Part shown: positions 33,403 to 45,146 of the stretch, piece by piece
How positions within the stretch are numbered: position 1 is the stretch's first letter
How the letters are laid out: every line of letters starts with the position of its first letter
From: Takakia lepidozioides
Lineage: Eukaryota; Plantae; Bryophyta
Direction of reading: 5' to 3'
Assembly (NCBI GenBank): GCA_030704615.1
Contig: CM060732.1
Span: 23,064,001 to 23,128,000 of the forward strand
Length of the DNA stretch: 64,000 nucleotides
Position numbers and translations under genes: made by a program
Notes under the pieces: model-generated
Told to the model about the DNA's origin: nothing
Seen by the model: the letters and a program-made list of their open reading frames with translations, nothing else
Databases searched by the model: none

Positions 33403-36400
33403 GGCAAGCACAAGCGCACTGGATCCACGATCCCTGCTGCTAGCAATGAAGATGGCGCCCACAAGAACGCAGGAGGTGGCCCTAACTCTCCCAACGTTGT
33501 GGGTTCTGTGCCACCAGTACCCCCACCTTATTATGGTATGCCTCAGTACCCACAGTCTGGCACTCAGTATGGTCAGGGTCAATATGGTGCTCCTCCATAT
33601 GGCCAGTATGGCCAGTATCCTCCTCCACCATATTTGCCACCCCCTAATAGCTATGGGGGTGGCAGGCCACTGGAATATCCTCCTGCTTATGGACAGTATG
33701 GCCAGTATAGTCCTCGGCCTTCTGGCCAACAACCATGGCCACCAGTCCCTACTTGGCAGGATCCTGCTTTGAATTCTCCTGAGCGCACGGAGGTCTCTGA
33801 AGGAGGGGAGGGTGCCATTTCAAAGAATGAGAGAACCAATGCTTTAAGGAGGGCTAATAGCTCAGCCAAAATTGAAGCTGCCAAGGTCAAGGAAGACAGA
33901 ATAGCTGCAGGTCTTCCTCCCACGGTGATTTTGACGAACCTCAAAGGAGCCCCGTATGGTCAGACCCGGAATGTATGGCACGCTGCCCTTAAAGGACAGG
34001 CTTATCGCAAGCTAGATTGTTCCCTTGCCATCAACAACCAACCTGATGAAGTTGTATACAAAATCAGAGATCACCTGGCTAAGCTATTTTCATATACGCT
34101 GCACGAGTTAAAAGACTTCCACCTAAAACAAACAATTGGCAGAATAATGAAGAGCCAGCGTTATGAAGCACACACTGCGTGGTTGGGTGGTAAGGGGAAA
34201 CCCATTATTGTATCTGACGAGGTATGGAACAAGCTTGTAAGTTACTGGCAGACAGAGGTGTTCCACAAAGTGTCGGGCAACATGAAGAAGGCAAATGGTG
34301 CAATTCTGAATCCTACCAAGACTGGCCGTGGTGGGAAGGCAATGGTGGAAGCACGCTTGGTAAGTGGCATCATCACGACTCTGTATTTTGTTCCTCGTTG
34401 AATTGCTATGTGTATATAGTCAGCCCTCACATTGCTTACTGACTTGTGGCATGGGTTTGTTTGTGGCATGGATTAATTTGTAGGAAACACTATCAGGGTG
34501 CCCTCCTACATTATATGAAATTCAAGAGGGTTCAGTGTCACGGTTGTCAGCTGGGAGTGACAGGCGGGTAAGTGTGTTTTCCACGTTTGCTAGAGTGGTT
34601 GCTGCATCATAGGTTGCTAGGGTTTTTTTCACGGCTTTTGGCCTGGGTTTTCTTTCCAATGGTTGTTCATGCTAGGTTTTTTGGGTTTGATTCATACTTG
34701 GGCAAGTTTTCATGGATTGGCAGGAGGGAAGTCTTGCATATTCTACAGTAGTTGGCAGGATGGATGGCTTGGACAAACTGGTGGAATCACAAGGACGTGA
34801 CATGGCAAAATTAAAATTACAGATGCAGAGTATGATTGAGTACCAGAAAGCCATTGTGACGAGATTGGGGATTAATCTACCAGGCGCAGGACCAGTGACA
34901 TCTACGATGGATACGTCTGCTGTGACAGTATCAAAATGTTTGGAATCCCAATTTCAGACGGTAACTGGTGCTCACTCTAAGCCCTTATGTCTTCCTGTCA
35001 CTGATGATCTTTTGAATTTGACCGAGCAGCAGCAGGATACAGGGAAGGCCAGCTGTGAGGTACACGTGGAAATTCAGCCCTTGCCACGTACAAAGGCAGT
35101 AGCAGTCCAGGGGGCAATGGTGACAGAGCGGCCGGGCACACCGGATTCTAGTATGCAGGTATGTGGGAGTTTAGATGGGGAGGAAGATGCAGACGGGGAC
35201 AAAACAAACAAGCAGGTTGCTTTAATTTCTCCTGCTCACATGTTGAAGCCAAATGTCAGTTTACTTCCTGGACCAACGAGGAAGCATTTACTAATTCTGG
35301 ACTTAAATGGTCTGTTATGTGAATCTTTTCATTCTGCTAATGGGCCTGCATCCCTTCCCAAAGGTTTTGTGGGGAAGATGTGTGGCAAGAAGATGGTAGT
35401 TTTGAGACCACGCTGTTATGACTTTTTGCAAAAGTGTTTTGAACACTTTGAGGTGGGCGGTGTGGTCTTGTTGCCAAGCTCGCAACTTCTTCCCAATGGT
35501 GGACTATATTTTTGCAGCCCACACTAACCTGGTTTTCCAGTGGGATGCCCTTCACTGTGACGAGGATCCAGTCCTCCCATGCCGTAAGGGGTCTGATTCA
35601 AAGCCATTATATTTCAAAAACTTGTCCACAGTGTGGGCAGACTGGCCAGAATGGACTTATGAGGACACTGTTCTTGTTGACGACACACCAAGAAAGGCGG
35701 CAAACAATCCTCCCTTCAGTGGGATTTTTCCAGAGCCATGGAAGGTGCAACCAGATTCACCAACTGATGAGTATCTAACAGAGGTGTTGTGGCGTTTCTT
35801 GTGGAAGGCATCGAAAGCTGCCAGTATTCCCAAGTTTTTGGAGTCTCAGCCTGTTTTCGGACAACAACCATACAACACTGCTACTGTGAAGGTACAAACA
35901 TTCTGACAGTGCTCTAGAGGCTACATTTTTGTGGGTTCATTCATTGCATTGCTTTCCTGGATGCTTCTCCTCGGTTGCTTGATTAATGCTAGGTTTTCTT
36001 TGCAGCTTTTCATGTTGGTTTTTTTTGTTTGATTCATACTTGGATTTTGTTTCTATTCACTATTCCTGTTTGCTCATTGCTTTCCTGGTTGATCTCTGGT
36101 CTGTGACACAGGAACTTGTGACAAACAAAGGTGATATTGTCGACAAGCCGGTACAGACGAGGGGCAAGAGTGTCGACCCGGCGAGTAGCCCCCCAAAAGA
36201 GGTCTCACCACCACTGGAGACTGCAAATGGAGTAAGTCCAGGCCGTTGTCTTGTCTGTTATATTTTTTCCAACCTTGGGGCTATCTTTAACTTGCAAATC
36301 TTGAGTGTCCTAGTCGTGTGTATGTCATGGGTTTTCACATCGTGTTCTTTTTTGTGTGGAGTTGGGATCACAGTTCAGGGTGGGTGACGAGGTTCGGTTG

Positions 36401-36655
36401 TTGGATGTGAACTCCAAACGCAAGAAATGTGGAGTAGGGCTGATTGTTGCTCTTCAAGGTGCTGTGGTGGGTTACGGGTACCCTGCTGTGCCCCTTGATT
36501 ATGCCTGTGTGTACATCAAAGAGGCATGTGTCAGTAACACCCCTCTACCATATGTGAATGGTGTTAGGAAACAGACCGAGTTGGGGCAGGTGGTTGGCCA
36601 GACAACACTTTGGAGTCTAAAGTTACTGAAACTTATGGAGCTGCGGAAGGGATAG
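33403..36655 (+). CDS. Spliced CACTA TnpA-like gene: Ptta/En/Spm domain + FCP1/NIF-like HAD domain + Tnp1/En/Spm-like C-terminal domain
   Basis: VWNKLVSYWQTEVFHKVSGNMKKANG..PTKTGRGG (~34220-34340). KHLLILDLNGLL..LRPRCYDFLQKCFEHFEV/AVWS..YFKNLSTVW..TVLVDDTPRKAANNPPFSGIFP (35280-35740, 1-nt frameshift ~35457). GDEVRLL..PLPY..ELGQVVGQTTLW (36380-36655). Confidence 0.75.
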
Positions 36656-37279
36656 TCAGTATTGCACTGTTTAACAGAGTTCTTGATTCTAATAGCACTA
36701 GAACATACTAGCTACAACAATTCAGCCCATGTGTGGGCTTACTTGTTTTTGGCTGGGCCTTTTGAGGCATGGATTTTTTTGACCTTGTGGCTTTTGAGGT
36801 GTCCATTGGGATATTGGTCTCATTTGGATTTTTGTAATGTGATTTATAGGCTTGTATTGCCCTGTAGTTGACTATTTTCATTCTCCTTGTGGTTGATAGT
36901 ATGCAGGAGGGATCCATTCTGTTTTCATGTTGGAATTTCACCATGTAATGAAGAATTTAAATCATTTAATTCACTTTCATTTTAAATAATAATATTAAAA
37001 ATAATACCATTAAAAAAAAATCCAAGGCTGCAATCTCCCTGTTCTTTTAAATATTAAATGAAAACTAAAAATTAAAATATGAACATTAAAAATATAAACT
37101 ATTTCGGAAAAAAAATCTTGATGACACGTGGCATCACTCTTGCTCAAACCAGAACACGTGGCAGTATATGACACGACATTCTTTATCCATATTTTCACCA
37201 CGTGTAAAGATCCGTAGTCATATATGCTAGTCATATATTTTGTCTGTGTGCCACATGTCACATCTCAAGTGCAACAGGT

Positions 37280-37800
37280 GTCCCGCTAATATCTCTCCAT
37301 GTAGACATCCCTGTAGTCATATGAGCGAGTCATGTAGTCACCACGTGTGAAATCTGCCATAGCACACGTGTCTCGCTAGTGCCTCTCCATGTAGGCATCA
37401 CTGTGTAGACATGTAGTCATATGATCATGGCAAGAAGTCGTGACATGTCAAATTCTCAGTGGCGCACGTGTCCATCCGTCGCCTCTCCATGTAGGCATCA
37501 CTTTGCAGACATATAGTCATATGATCCCCTGACGAATGCATGACGTGTCGCTTGCGCAGTGGCGCATGTGTCCCGCTGAAGCCTCTCCATGTAGGCAGCG
37601 CTCAACAGACAATGTAGTCATATAGTTGTGACTGCAACCATCTCTGCAGCAGGACTCCAGGTGCCACGCAAGTAGTCATGGATATGACTTGCAAAACGCA
37701 GTCCTAAAGACTAGTCGCTATGACAGGGCTTTTTTCACTACAGAGTGATGTAGTCATGAACGCATATAAGACTGAAAAAATAGTCATATGTGAAGTCATA
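37280..37800. repeat. CACTA subterminal repeats (~100-bp unit containing CTCTCCATGTAG and TAGTCATATG)
   Basis: About four copies of CTCTCCATGTAG between ~37290 and 37600, plus scattered TAGTCAT motifs. Confidence 0.85.
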
Positions 37801-39904
37801 AAAACGCTCATCTGTTGTAGTGATCCCACTCGATATGATGAGCAGGTTCAGCTTGACTTCTCTCACACAAAAGACGCTGCCAAGATGGGGTTTGCTGCCC
37901 TAGATGACTTCCCGTCGTTGTTCTGGGCTGCAACATACAATTAATCTGGCCCATGGCGAGGGGCCTTGCCTTCCACCAATCATCTGTAAGTCCTGTGAAA
38001 CTGTTTTTGTGGCAGTTTGTAAGCAGTGGGCAGCGATGGTGGGCTGTTGTAGGATTTGATGAACTCAATGCCGTGTACTGACAACAACCCCTCATCTCTT
38101 ATGCAAGCATTCAACAAGCCAAGTTGACTGCAGAGCATATTCAGCCCCCCACGTTTCTAGTTGCCTAATGTTCTTCATCTCCTGGGCAGAGCATTTTCCA
38201 GGGTCTCCATCTGTGATGACACACTATCTTCTCATGTGGTTCAGCTTCTGGTCTTGCTCTTGTTTGCACCACCCCAATGAAGGGCAGTTCCCACCTGCTT
38301 GATTCTCTCTATATGGTTGTCTTTGGGTCTTGGCAGGGTTTCCCACAACCGCCTTTCCTTTCCAGACTGCCAGTCATCAGCCTCGTTCTCCAATGCTTCA
38401 CTTTCTTCCCAAGTGAAGTGCTCTCCTCTTTTATGCTTCAACGTCCCTGCAGGTGTCTTTTCCTTCATCTCCCGTGGTGCTTTCGAATGAATGAGCACTG
38501 ATTTACATCTGTTGGCAACACTTACGGTGTCCCTTTCCTTGCATGCCACTGCAGGCCCGCATTGACTTTCTTGGCAGGGAAGTCTCCTCCTTCTCCCTCA
38601 TTTTCTGGCTCTGTTGGTGCCCCACTCACCATGCTATCAGGGCTGCATTTATTTTGTGGTGTTGCGCCAGCCAAGGGCGATCTTTCAGGCACCAGGTTTT
38701 CTACCCTGCCCTTCCACTTTTCATAAGCGAGGTGCCTGTCTTCCTCCCTTTCACTCTTCAGCCTCTCAGGCAGATTTTTCTTCATGCGATTGCTGCTCCC
38801 ATACTTCCAATCCTTGTTTAATTTTCTCCAGCCATCACCCTCAGATTTGACAAGGTATTGCTGCCCTTCCTTGTGTCTTTCCTCACTCCCAGCTGCTGGT
38901 TTTATCCCAGATTCACCTCTCATCCTTGCCTGGGGTCTTGCTTGCCAAACAGCCCTTGTGTGGGGAACTTCAACGAAAGGCAACATCTCATTCTCAGCTC
39001 CTGTCTTTGTACCTCTTTGCAGCAGTCCAGCCTTGGGTGCCTCACTTTCTGATTGCTGGGTTGCATTCTTCGCCACCAACATTTGACAAGAAAGTGTGCT
39101 CCATCTTCCTCATCTCCTACTGGTTCCCTTGATGCTTCACCTCGTATGTCTTCCTCCTCATGTTTTAGCAGCAGCTCCCATGCTTGAATTGCTACTTTTC
39201 CTCGTAGTTGATCTTGTGCTTTCCTTTTTCTCCGTAGCTTAATCAACAGTTTTGTCTTGGTAGCTCCCTTGCCATGAGTGCCTTGTCTCACTGCATCTCC
39301 CTTGGCTGCCCACCATCCGTTGAGTCTTTCTTGCACTATTATGACCCTCGTTGGCATGCACTTTGCTGCGATGCCCCACATGTATTTGCTGCTCCCTTTA
39401 ATCATCAACATAGTGCTCCAGAGCCAGTTCCTCATTGTTGACCAGTTGACCTTCTCAGCCCTTGGACACCATTTTCCCTTCTCCCATGTTGCCTCGTCTT
39501 TCTGCTTCATCATTTGCTTTACTTGCACGATGTTGCTTCTTCCCTACAGCTCATCATGTGTTGTGGCTCTTTCCCATGTTGCACTCACTCCCATCATACG
39601 TTGTGCAGTTGATAAGACTGAGATGAGTTGATGCAGGATAGGGGGAGGGCTTGCTGGTGTATGTTGTCCGATAGGCCCCATGCACAGAGTCAAAGCTGGA
39701 AGTCAGCCTTGCAAGGACCCAAGTGAGAGAAGTCTGGTGGGGGTAGCATCTTGGGGGATGGCAGTTAGGGCAATGTGTGTCTAGGGCAATATATGTCATA
39801 GCAGCGGGTGATGTGCTGCCAATTTTGAGGATAGAGACAGCCTGTAAGCTGTAGATTTGTATAAGTGGTTTCTTCTGACACATATTGCTCCCAGTTTGCC
39901 ACAA

Positions 39905-40060
39905 CCAGTTGTTTGCGTTTGTAGTGCATGTGCGAGCCTGCTGGGGAAGGGCAAAGAGGTCCATGGTTGCATCGTCAAAGCTGGAATTGTGGCAGATGTC
40001 ATTCTGAACAATACCCTTGTGGACAGGGAGTGTTCAACAATATGGCTGACCGAAGGATAG
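39905..40060 (+). pseudogene. PPR fragment
   Basis: VCVCSACASLLGKGKEVHGCIVKAGIVADVILNNTLVD, similar to 1219-1407. Confidence 0.85.
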
Positions 40061-40074
40061 AGTGTAATGACTGC

Positions 40075-40965
40075 TAATGAAGGCACCTTCTTCAATTTCA
40101 CCTTGTTTTCCCCTCTTATCAGAATTGCCCCTAATTATTCATGTCTGAATTCTGCAAGTTAGCTGGTTGAGTGAAGCTTTGATAGTTTGGAGTGACTTTG
40201 ACATGATTCTGCCAATGTGACAACAGGAAAGTATCAAAAACAGGTAACACAGACGAGGAGAAGTTGTGGAATGAATATTTTTCTGACCCCAATCAATGGT
40301 GGGACAATCGAGGCAAGAAGGTGAATGTTTGTTGGATTATAGAGAGTAGCAGATGCACTTGAGCGTAGGAACTAGTGTGATAAGTTGAGTTGGGTGCTTC
40401 CTAGAAGAAGTCTAGGCTGTCATCCTCAACTGCTAGCAACAAGGCAAGGTTGTATGCATGATTCGTGTGAGGCATGGATAGTTGAAGGAGCAAGGATAGA
40501 GTGTGGGTGCAGATTCACCCAAGAGGGCCAGACTTCAAGCTCCAGATTAACTATGAAGCTACAAGAAACCTGCATGGGTAGATGGTCAACTGGCAGCAAC
40601 GGCACAATTGATAAAATCAGACATTGTTAATGAAGGCATCTTCTTCAGCACGTTTCACCCTGTTTTTCCCTCTTATTAGAATCGGTCCAAAATTTCCATG
40701 TTGAATTATGCAAGTTAACTGGTTGAGTGAATCTAGTTTGGAGTGACTTTGACATGATACTGCTATGTGACAATAGGAAAGTATCAAAAAACAAGTAACA
40801 GACATGAGGAGAAGCTGTGGAATGAATACTTTTCTGCCCCCAGTCAATGATGGGACAACCAAGGCAAAAAGGTGAATGTCTACTATATTTCAGAGAGTAG
40901 CAGATGCAATTGAGCATAGGAACTAGTGTGATAAGTTGAGTTGGGTGTTTCCTAGAACAAATGTA
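40075..40965 (+). pseudogene. Two tandem OSB-type PDF modules (same family as 2787-5365, opposite strand)
   Basis: Exon 40244-40320 reads KLWNEYFSDPNQWWDNRGKK; intron 40321-40512 is GT..AG; the exon from 40513 reads IHPRGPDFKLQINY..PAWVDGQLAA. A second, decayed exon A lies at ~40795-40871. Confidence 0.75.
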
Positions 40966-40967
40966 GG

Positions 40968-42730
40968 TTGTCAGGGATTTTGAAGGATTACGGGACCTCG
41001 CATCTTCGAGACTGCTGCTGCTATATGGATATCCCACGCTTTGGATGCCCTTGGTCTGAGCTTGTGACCCGAAATCAAAACGACAATGCAGAGGCCTTGG
41101 CCCCTCTGACGGACAAGGAGTTGCACGAGAGAAACTTGAGGATATTGGCTGAGAAAGAGCCTCTTGCACAAAATAGAAAGGACAAGGGGAAAGGGAAGGT
41201 AAAGGGGCAGAAAAACACTCCGAATGAGAATGAGATGGAGTCCGTGGTGCAACCGGGGCCACTGCAGACCCCACCCCCAGCCAGAAAGCCTGACCGAAAG
41301 AAAAAGGGTCTTAAAGAGCCCTACGATGCAATGGAGCACCCATCTTGAATCATTTTTCCAGGTATGTGCGAGCTGGTAAACGACGGGTTCCTGGCCATGA
41401 TGGAGACAAGGAAGTCAAGTTACAGTGGTGATCCTTCCAAAACGTGGGACAAGCTCTGTGCTTTTCTCCAATCGGTAAGCAATTATCATGCATGTGTTTG
41501 AGTTTTGTTTTCTTTGTTTTATTTTTGCTCGGATCAGAAATGTCGCTTATAAAACATCTTTCCCTTCTTACACGCTATATTGCTTGCAGGCATGGAGGGG
41601 AAAGGAATCTTGGGTGAATGGTGCACTGAAACCGTTTGCTTCGGAGATGGTTATTGTGGACATTCCGGACGGGCATCCAGTCCCGGATATTCTGCCCAGT
41701 GACACCTGCCCAACATGGAACAAATTTGACGAGAGGTATTGGAGTTGGGTGTTTTCCTTTTGCAAGTTTTTCCTTTCCGATGCAGGGGTTCTTGTTATCA
41801 TACAATCTGTCACGATGAGATGTCGCCGGGAGCTGGCAAGCTACTTGAAAGCGTCGGGGATGCGGATTATCAAGACCTGGAATTGTGTCAACAGCCTATA
41901 TCTGACGAAGGGGGATTGCCCAGGGCAGAAGGTACGTTTCAAATACTTTATTTTTATGCCTTCTCTGTTGAAGTTCCACTGTACTGACTGTTATGAAGTC
42001 ATGTTGTTCGCACTGCCTGAATTGAGTGCTTCAGCGCACTTAGTTTTGGCGGTGCATGAGCAATGACTCTGAACCTGTTCCATCCGGAATGGGTTTGCAC
42101 TCCCACCCAGATGTGCTATGAAACATTTCTCACTAATTATTGACCTCTTCATCGCAGACCCATCTATTTGAGGCCGTCTGTCTCGTGAGGGTACATCCAC
42201 TGTCGACTCCCACCACAGTGGTTGAGTTTGAGCTTCATGGGGGAGGATGTTTCATAAACAAGAGGTTCGATCCTGTCGTCGATGACATGCACTACAACTA
42301 TGTGGACTCCAACGTATATTTGTGAAAGCCAAATGGAACGCCTTGGAGAGGGGCCCGTGAAAAAAGCCCGGCTTTTATCCAAACGATCATTGAGAGTTGT
42401 TCTCGGCCAGGGGCCCGCATCATAGATCTCACTCTCGGCACAGGTTTCTCTTCTTGCCTTTGTCATCGATTTCTTTTCTTCTGCACGTCCTTTACTCAAT
42501 ATTCTAAAACTCTAATTCCATCATTCTGTCTCTTGCAGGCGCTTCTTACCATGCTTGCAAGGCAGGTGGTAGGCACTTGTTTGGTATGGAAGGAGATGCA
42601 GATATTTTCACTGGCCTACTCGCCGAGTTGCAATGGGGCTCGTCTACCTCCAGTGTGAAGGATGTCACTGCGCAAATTGATATCCTCGATGGAGACGACA
42701 AGGACCTGGACAATGACTTTTCATGTGAGT
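40968..42730 (+). pseudogene. Spliced beta-class amino (N6-adenine/N4-cytosine) DNA-methyltransferase-like gene with two in-frame TGA stops
   Basis: Exons ~40968-41474, 41590-41931, 42158-42443 and 42539-~42725 all join in frame via GT-AG. Motif-IV-like MVIVDIPDG precedes PWRGAREKSPAFIQTIIESCSRPGARIIDLTLGTG|ASYHACKAGGRHLFGMEGDADIF (motifs X-I-II). Confidence 0.7.
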
Positions 42731-43087
42731 AAGTTCATTTTCTGTCTATTTGATCCCTGTGTATATTCTCTGTCGCGTCCCCTTCTGTTGTCTGATTATT
42801 ACCCAAATGGTGCATTTCTGATTGCAGGAATGTCAATGCAATCCCGTTGCCCCTGTCTTCCATATACTTGAGGGACTTGTGCTGAAGCCCACCTCCTATT
42901 TATGTCCTTCCCGACTACGCAGAAGGCATTGCTCGTGTGCATGCAGCTGTGCTTTCTCCCCCACCCTTGCGTTGGAGTTCCAGGAAGACGCTCAGGCACC
43001 TCCGTGCAAAGGTCTTCATAGATGATAGTGCCGCAGTTTCAGGTGGTAGCAGTACTCCTAGCAGTTCAGCAGATTCAGGTGGTAGCA

Positions 43088-43927
43088 TGTCGTGGCCCTT
43101 TGCCTTGAGGGCAGGGGTCAGGACACATGAGGGGCTGCCCCTGTGGTGGGGGCAGCGGCAGCGATAGGTATGGGGGGCTGAAGCACCCTTGAGTGCCCAA
43201 GTGTCGCGGCCCTTTGCCTTGAGGGCAGGGGGGGTCGGGACACATGAGGGGTTGCCCCTGTGGTGGGGGCATCGGCAGCGATAGGTATGGGGGGCTGAAG
43301 CACCCTTGAGTGCCCAAGGCACCCAAGGAGGCGGAGGCGCTCACTAGGTGGAGCCCCGCACACCGGGTTGCGGTGGGGGTGGCTCCACAAGGGGTGGTGG
43401 TAGCTTAGCGGGACTTAGTGGGGGTGGCATAGGACTCACCATGGGGGCGGAGACCTCGTGGTGGGAGTCGTGGGGAGTCTTGGGACTCATCACGGTCCAT
43501 GGGGCCGTGGTGAGTGGGCCAAGACTCACCGCGACTCATCACCGGGAGTCGAGGGTTTTCGTGGTGGTTCGCCATAAAATGGCATGGCTGGTTGTGAAAC
43601 CCCCGCGGACAGCTACATAAGTATATATAGGGAGTAGTAACCCCGAGAACGGTGCAAGCCCGTTGGTGACCAAAAACTAGTGAGTAAGCAAGCGAGCCGG
43701 AAAGCGACCAAAGAGTGGGGAGCTGTTCTGGACTGCCATCTACCAAAGGGAATTCCACTAGTCCCAAATAGATGGAGGGTTTAGCGGGAAGCGAAGGGGG
43801 ACCGTTATGTCCCGGTGAGCAGCCGAAGCTCCAAGTTGGCCCGGCGGCCAGATTGGGAGTCAGGCGCGCGCATCAAAGCGAGTAACTATGATGTGAAGGG
43901 GAGCTTACCGAAGGGAGGTGCGTGACA
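43088..43927 (+). repeat. 5' LTR (840 bp)
   Basis: TGTCG...TGACA; begins with a ~114-bp tandem duplication; candidate TATA (TATATATA) at ~43622. Confidence 0.96.
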
Positions 43928-43929
43928 CT

Positions 43930-43941
43930 TGGTATCAGAGC
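43930..43941 (+). promoter_or_regulatory. Primer-binding site (initiator tRNA-Met)
   Basis: TGGTATCAGAGC, 2 nt after the 5' LTR. Confidence 0.95.
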
Positions 43942-43982
43942 TTAGAGTTCAGTACGCGATCGTCCTTGGGATTGGCCTCATC

Positions 43983-45146
43983 ATGGGGTCGGGCAAGCCG
44001 AAGCAAAAGCGGAACGGCCCAAAAGATGATGATCCCGGTGAGCCCGATGGGGGCGAGGTGTCACCGAGGCAGCCGTTTGAGGAAGCGATGCATGTTTCTG
44101 AAAACGAGGCCGCTCAAGAGCGGGAGGAATCCGAGGAGTCGGAGCCCGAGGAATCCTTGAGAGCTCCGACAAACCAAGAGATGCCTCCCATGCCGGCAGC
44201 CTTTTGGGAAGGGTTGTTGGCGCAGTTTGGCGGGACGTTGAAAGACGTGTTGAAGGCGGCTAATGCCACTTCCACTAAGGCAAAGTTTAAGGTGAAGCCT
44301 AAGGAACCTGGCACCTTCGAGGGTGTCCGAAATCAGAAGGCACTCAACACCTGGCTCCTGGAGCTAGAGCAGTACTTCCGGGCGGCCAAGTTGAGTGACG
44401 AGGATCGGGTGGAAGTGGCTCCCACCTATTTGAGGGGCTATGCTCAACAATGGTGGCAGAAACGCCTTCACGACCGAGGTCCAAGCCCGAAAACCTTGAA
44501 CTGGAGTGGGTTCAAGGAATTGATGAAGAGACAGTTTGTGCCCCTCAACGCGTCCTGGCTGACTCGGGACAAGATGAGGAATTTGAAGCAAACAGATGAC
44601 ATTCGGGGGTATGTCCAGGCTTTCAATGTGATGTTGCTCGAAGTCACGGACATGGCAGAACCAGAAATGGTCTTCAACTTTGTGGCGGGACTGGCCCCAT
44701 GGGCAAGGCGGAAGTTGGAGGAGAAGCCACCCAAGACTTTGAACGAGGCAATTGAGAGGGCTGAATGTTTCTCGGATGTCCCTAGGGGTGAGAGACAAGG
44801 CCGTATGGAGCTGAACCACAAGAAGACCCGGCGGGAAGGTGACTCCTTCCGACCGGAAAAGAAGTGGGATAGGCCACGCGGCGACAATGGCACGTGGAAA
44901 TTGAAGGGAGGGCCTTCACACGTCAAGGCGGCACCCGGTGCTTCGAAAGGAAAAGCGGGTGGAGTGGCTTATGGCGGACAGAAGGCGACCTTTGATGGAG
45001 TGTGTTTCAATTGCGGGGAGTCCGGGCACATGGCCAAGAAGTGCACGAAGCCCCGACAATTGAACATGACTCGGGCGACCACGGAGCTGTCGGAAGATAC
45101 CATCAGTCGCTTGGTGGAAGCGGTGGTCGCCAGGACTTGCAGGTAG
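43983..45146 (+). CDS. Chromovirus Gag
   Basis: [43 protein letters not shown]; knuckle [14 protein letters not shown]. Confidence 0.93.
   Translation: MGSGKPKQKRNGPKDDDPGEPDGGEVSPRQPFEEAMHVSENEAAQEREESEESEPEESLRAPTNQEMPPMPAAFWEGLLAQFGGTLKDVLKAANATSTKAKFKVKPKEPGTFEGVRNQKALNTWLLELEQYFRAAKLSDEDRVEVAPTYLRGYAQQWWQKRLHDRGPSPKTLNWSGFKELMKRQFVPLNASWLTRDKMRNLKQTDDIRGYVQAFNVMLLEVTDMAEPEMVFNFVAGLAPWARRKLEEKPPKTLNEAIERAECFSDVPRGERQGRMELNHKKTRREGDSFRPEKKWDRPRGDNGTWKLKGGPSHVKAAPGASKGKAGGVAYGGQKATFDGVCFNCGESGHMAKKCTKPRQLNMTRATTELSEDTISRLVEAVVARTCR

Larger units (their letters stand above)
31295..37822. mobile_element. CACTA element, left end not found
   Basis: Right terminus ...CATCTGTTGTAGTG at 37822 (reverse complement CACTACAACAGATG); GTAGTCAT subterminal motifs; TnpD-like and TnpA-like coding pieces inside. 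Confidence 0.8.

Noticed and set aside
37736-37822. CACTACA at ~37736 pairing with the terminus at 37822 as an 87-bp mini-CACTA
   Set aside because: Flanking 3-mers (TTT vs ATC) do not form a TSD; more likely an internal subterminal motif.
37823-39900. Lys/Glu-rich minus-strand ORFs, possibly a gag-like remnant
   Set aside because: No diagnostic motif beyond a doubtful Cys/His cluster, so left unannotated.
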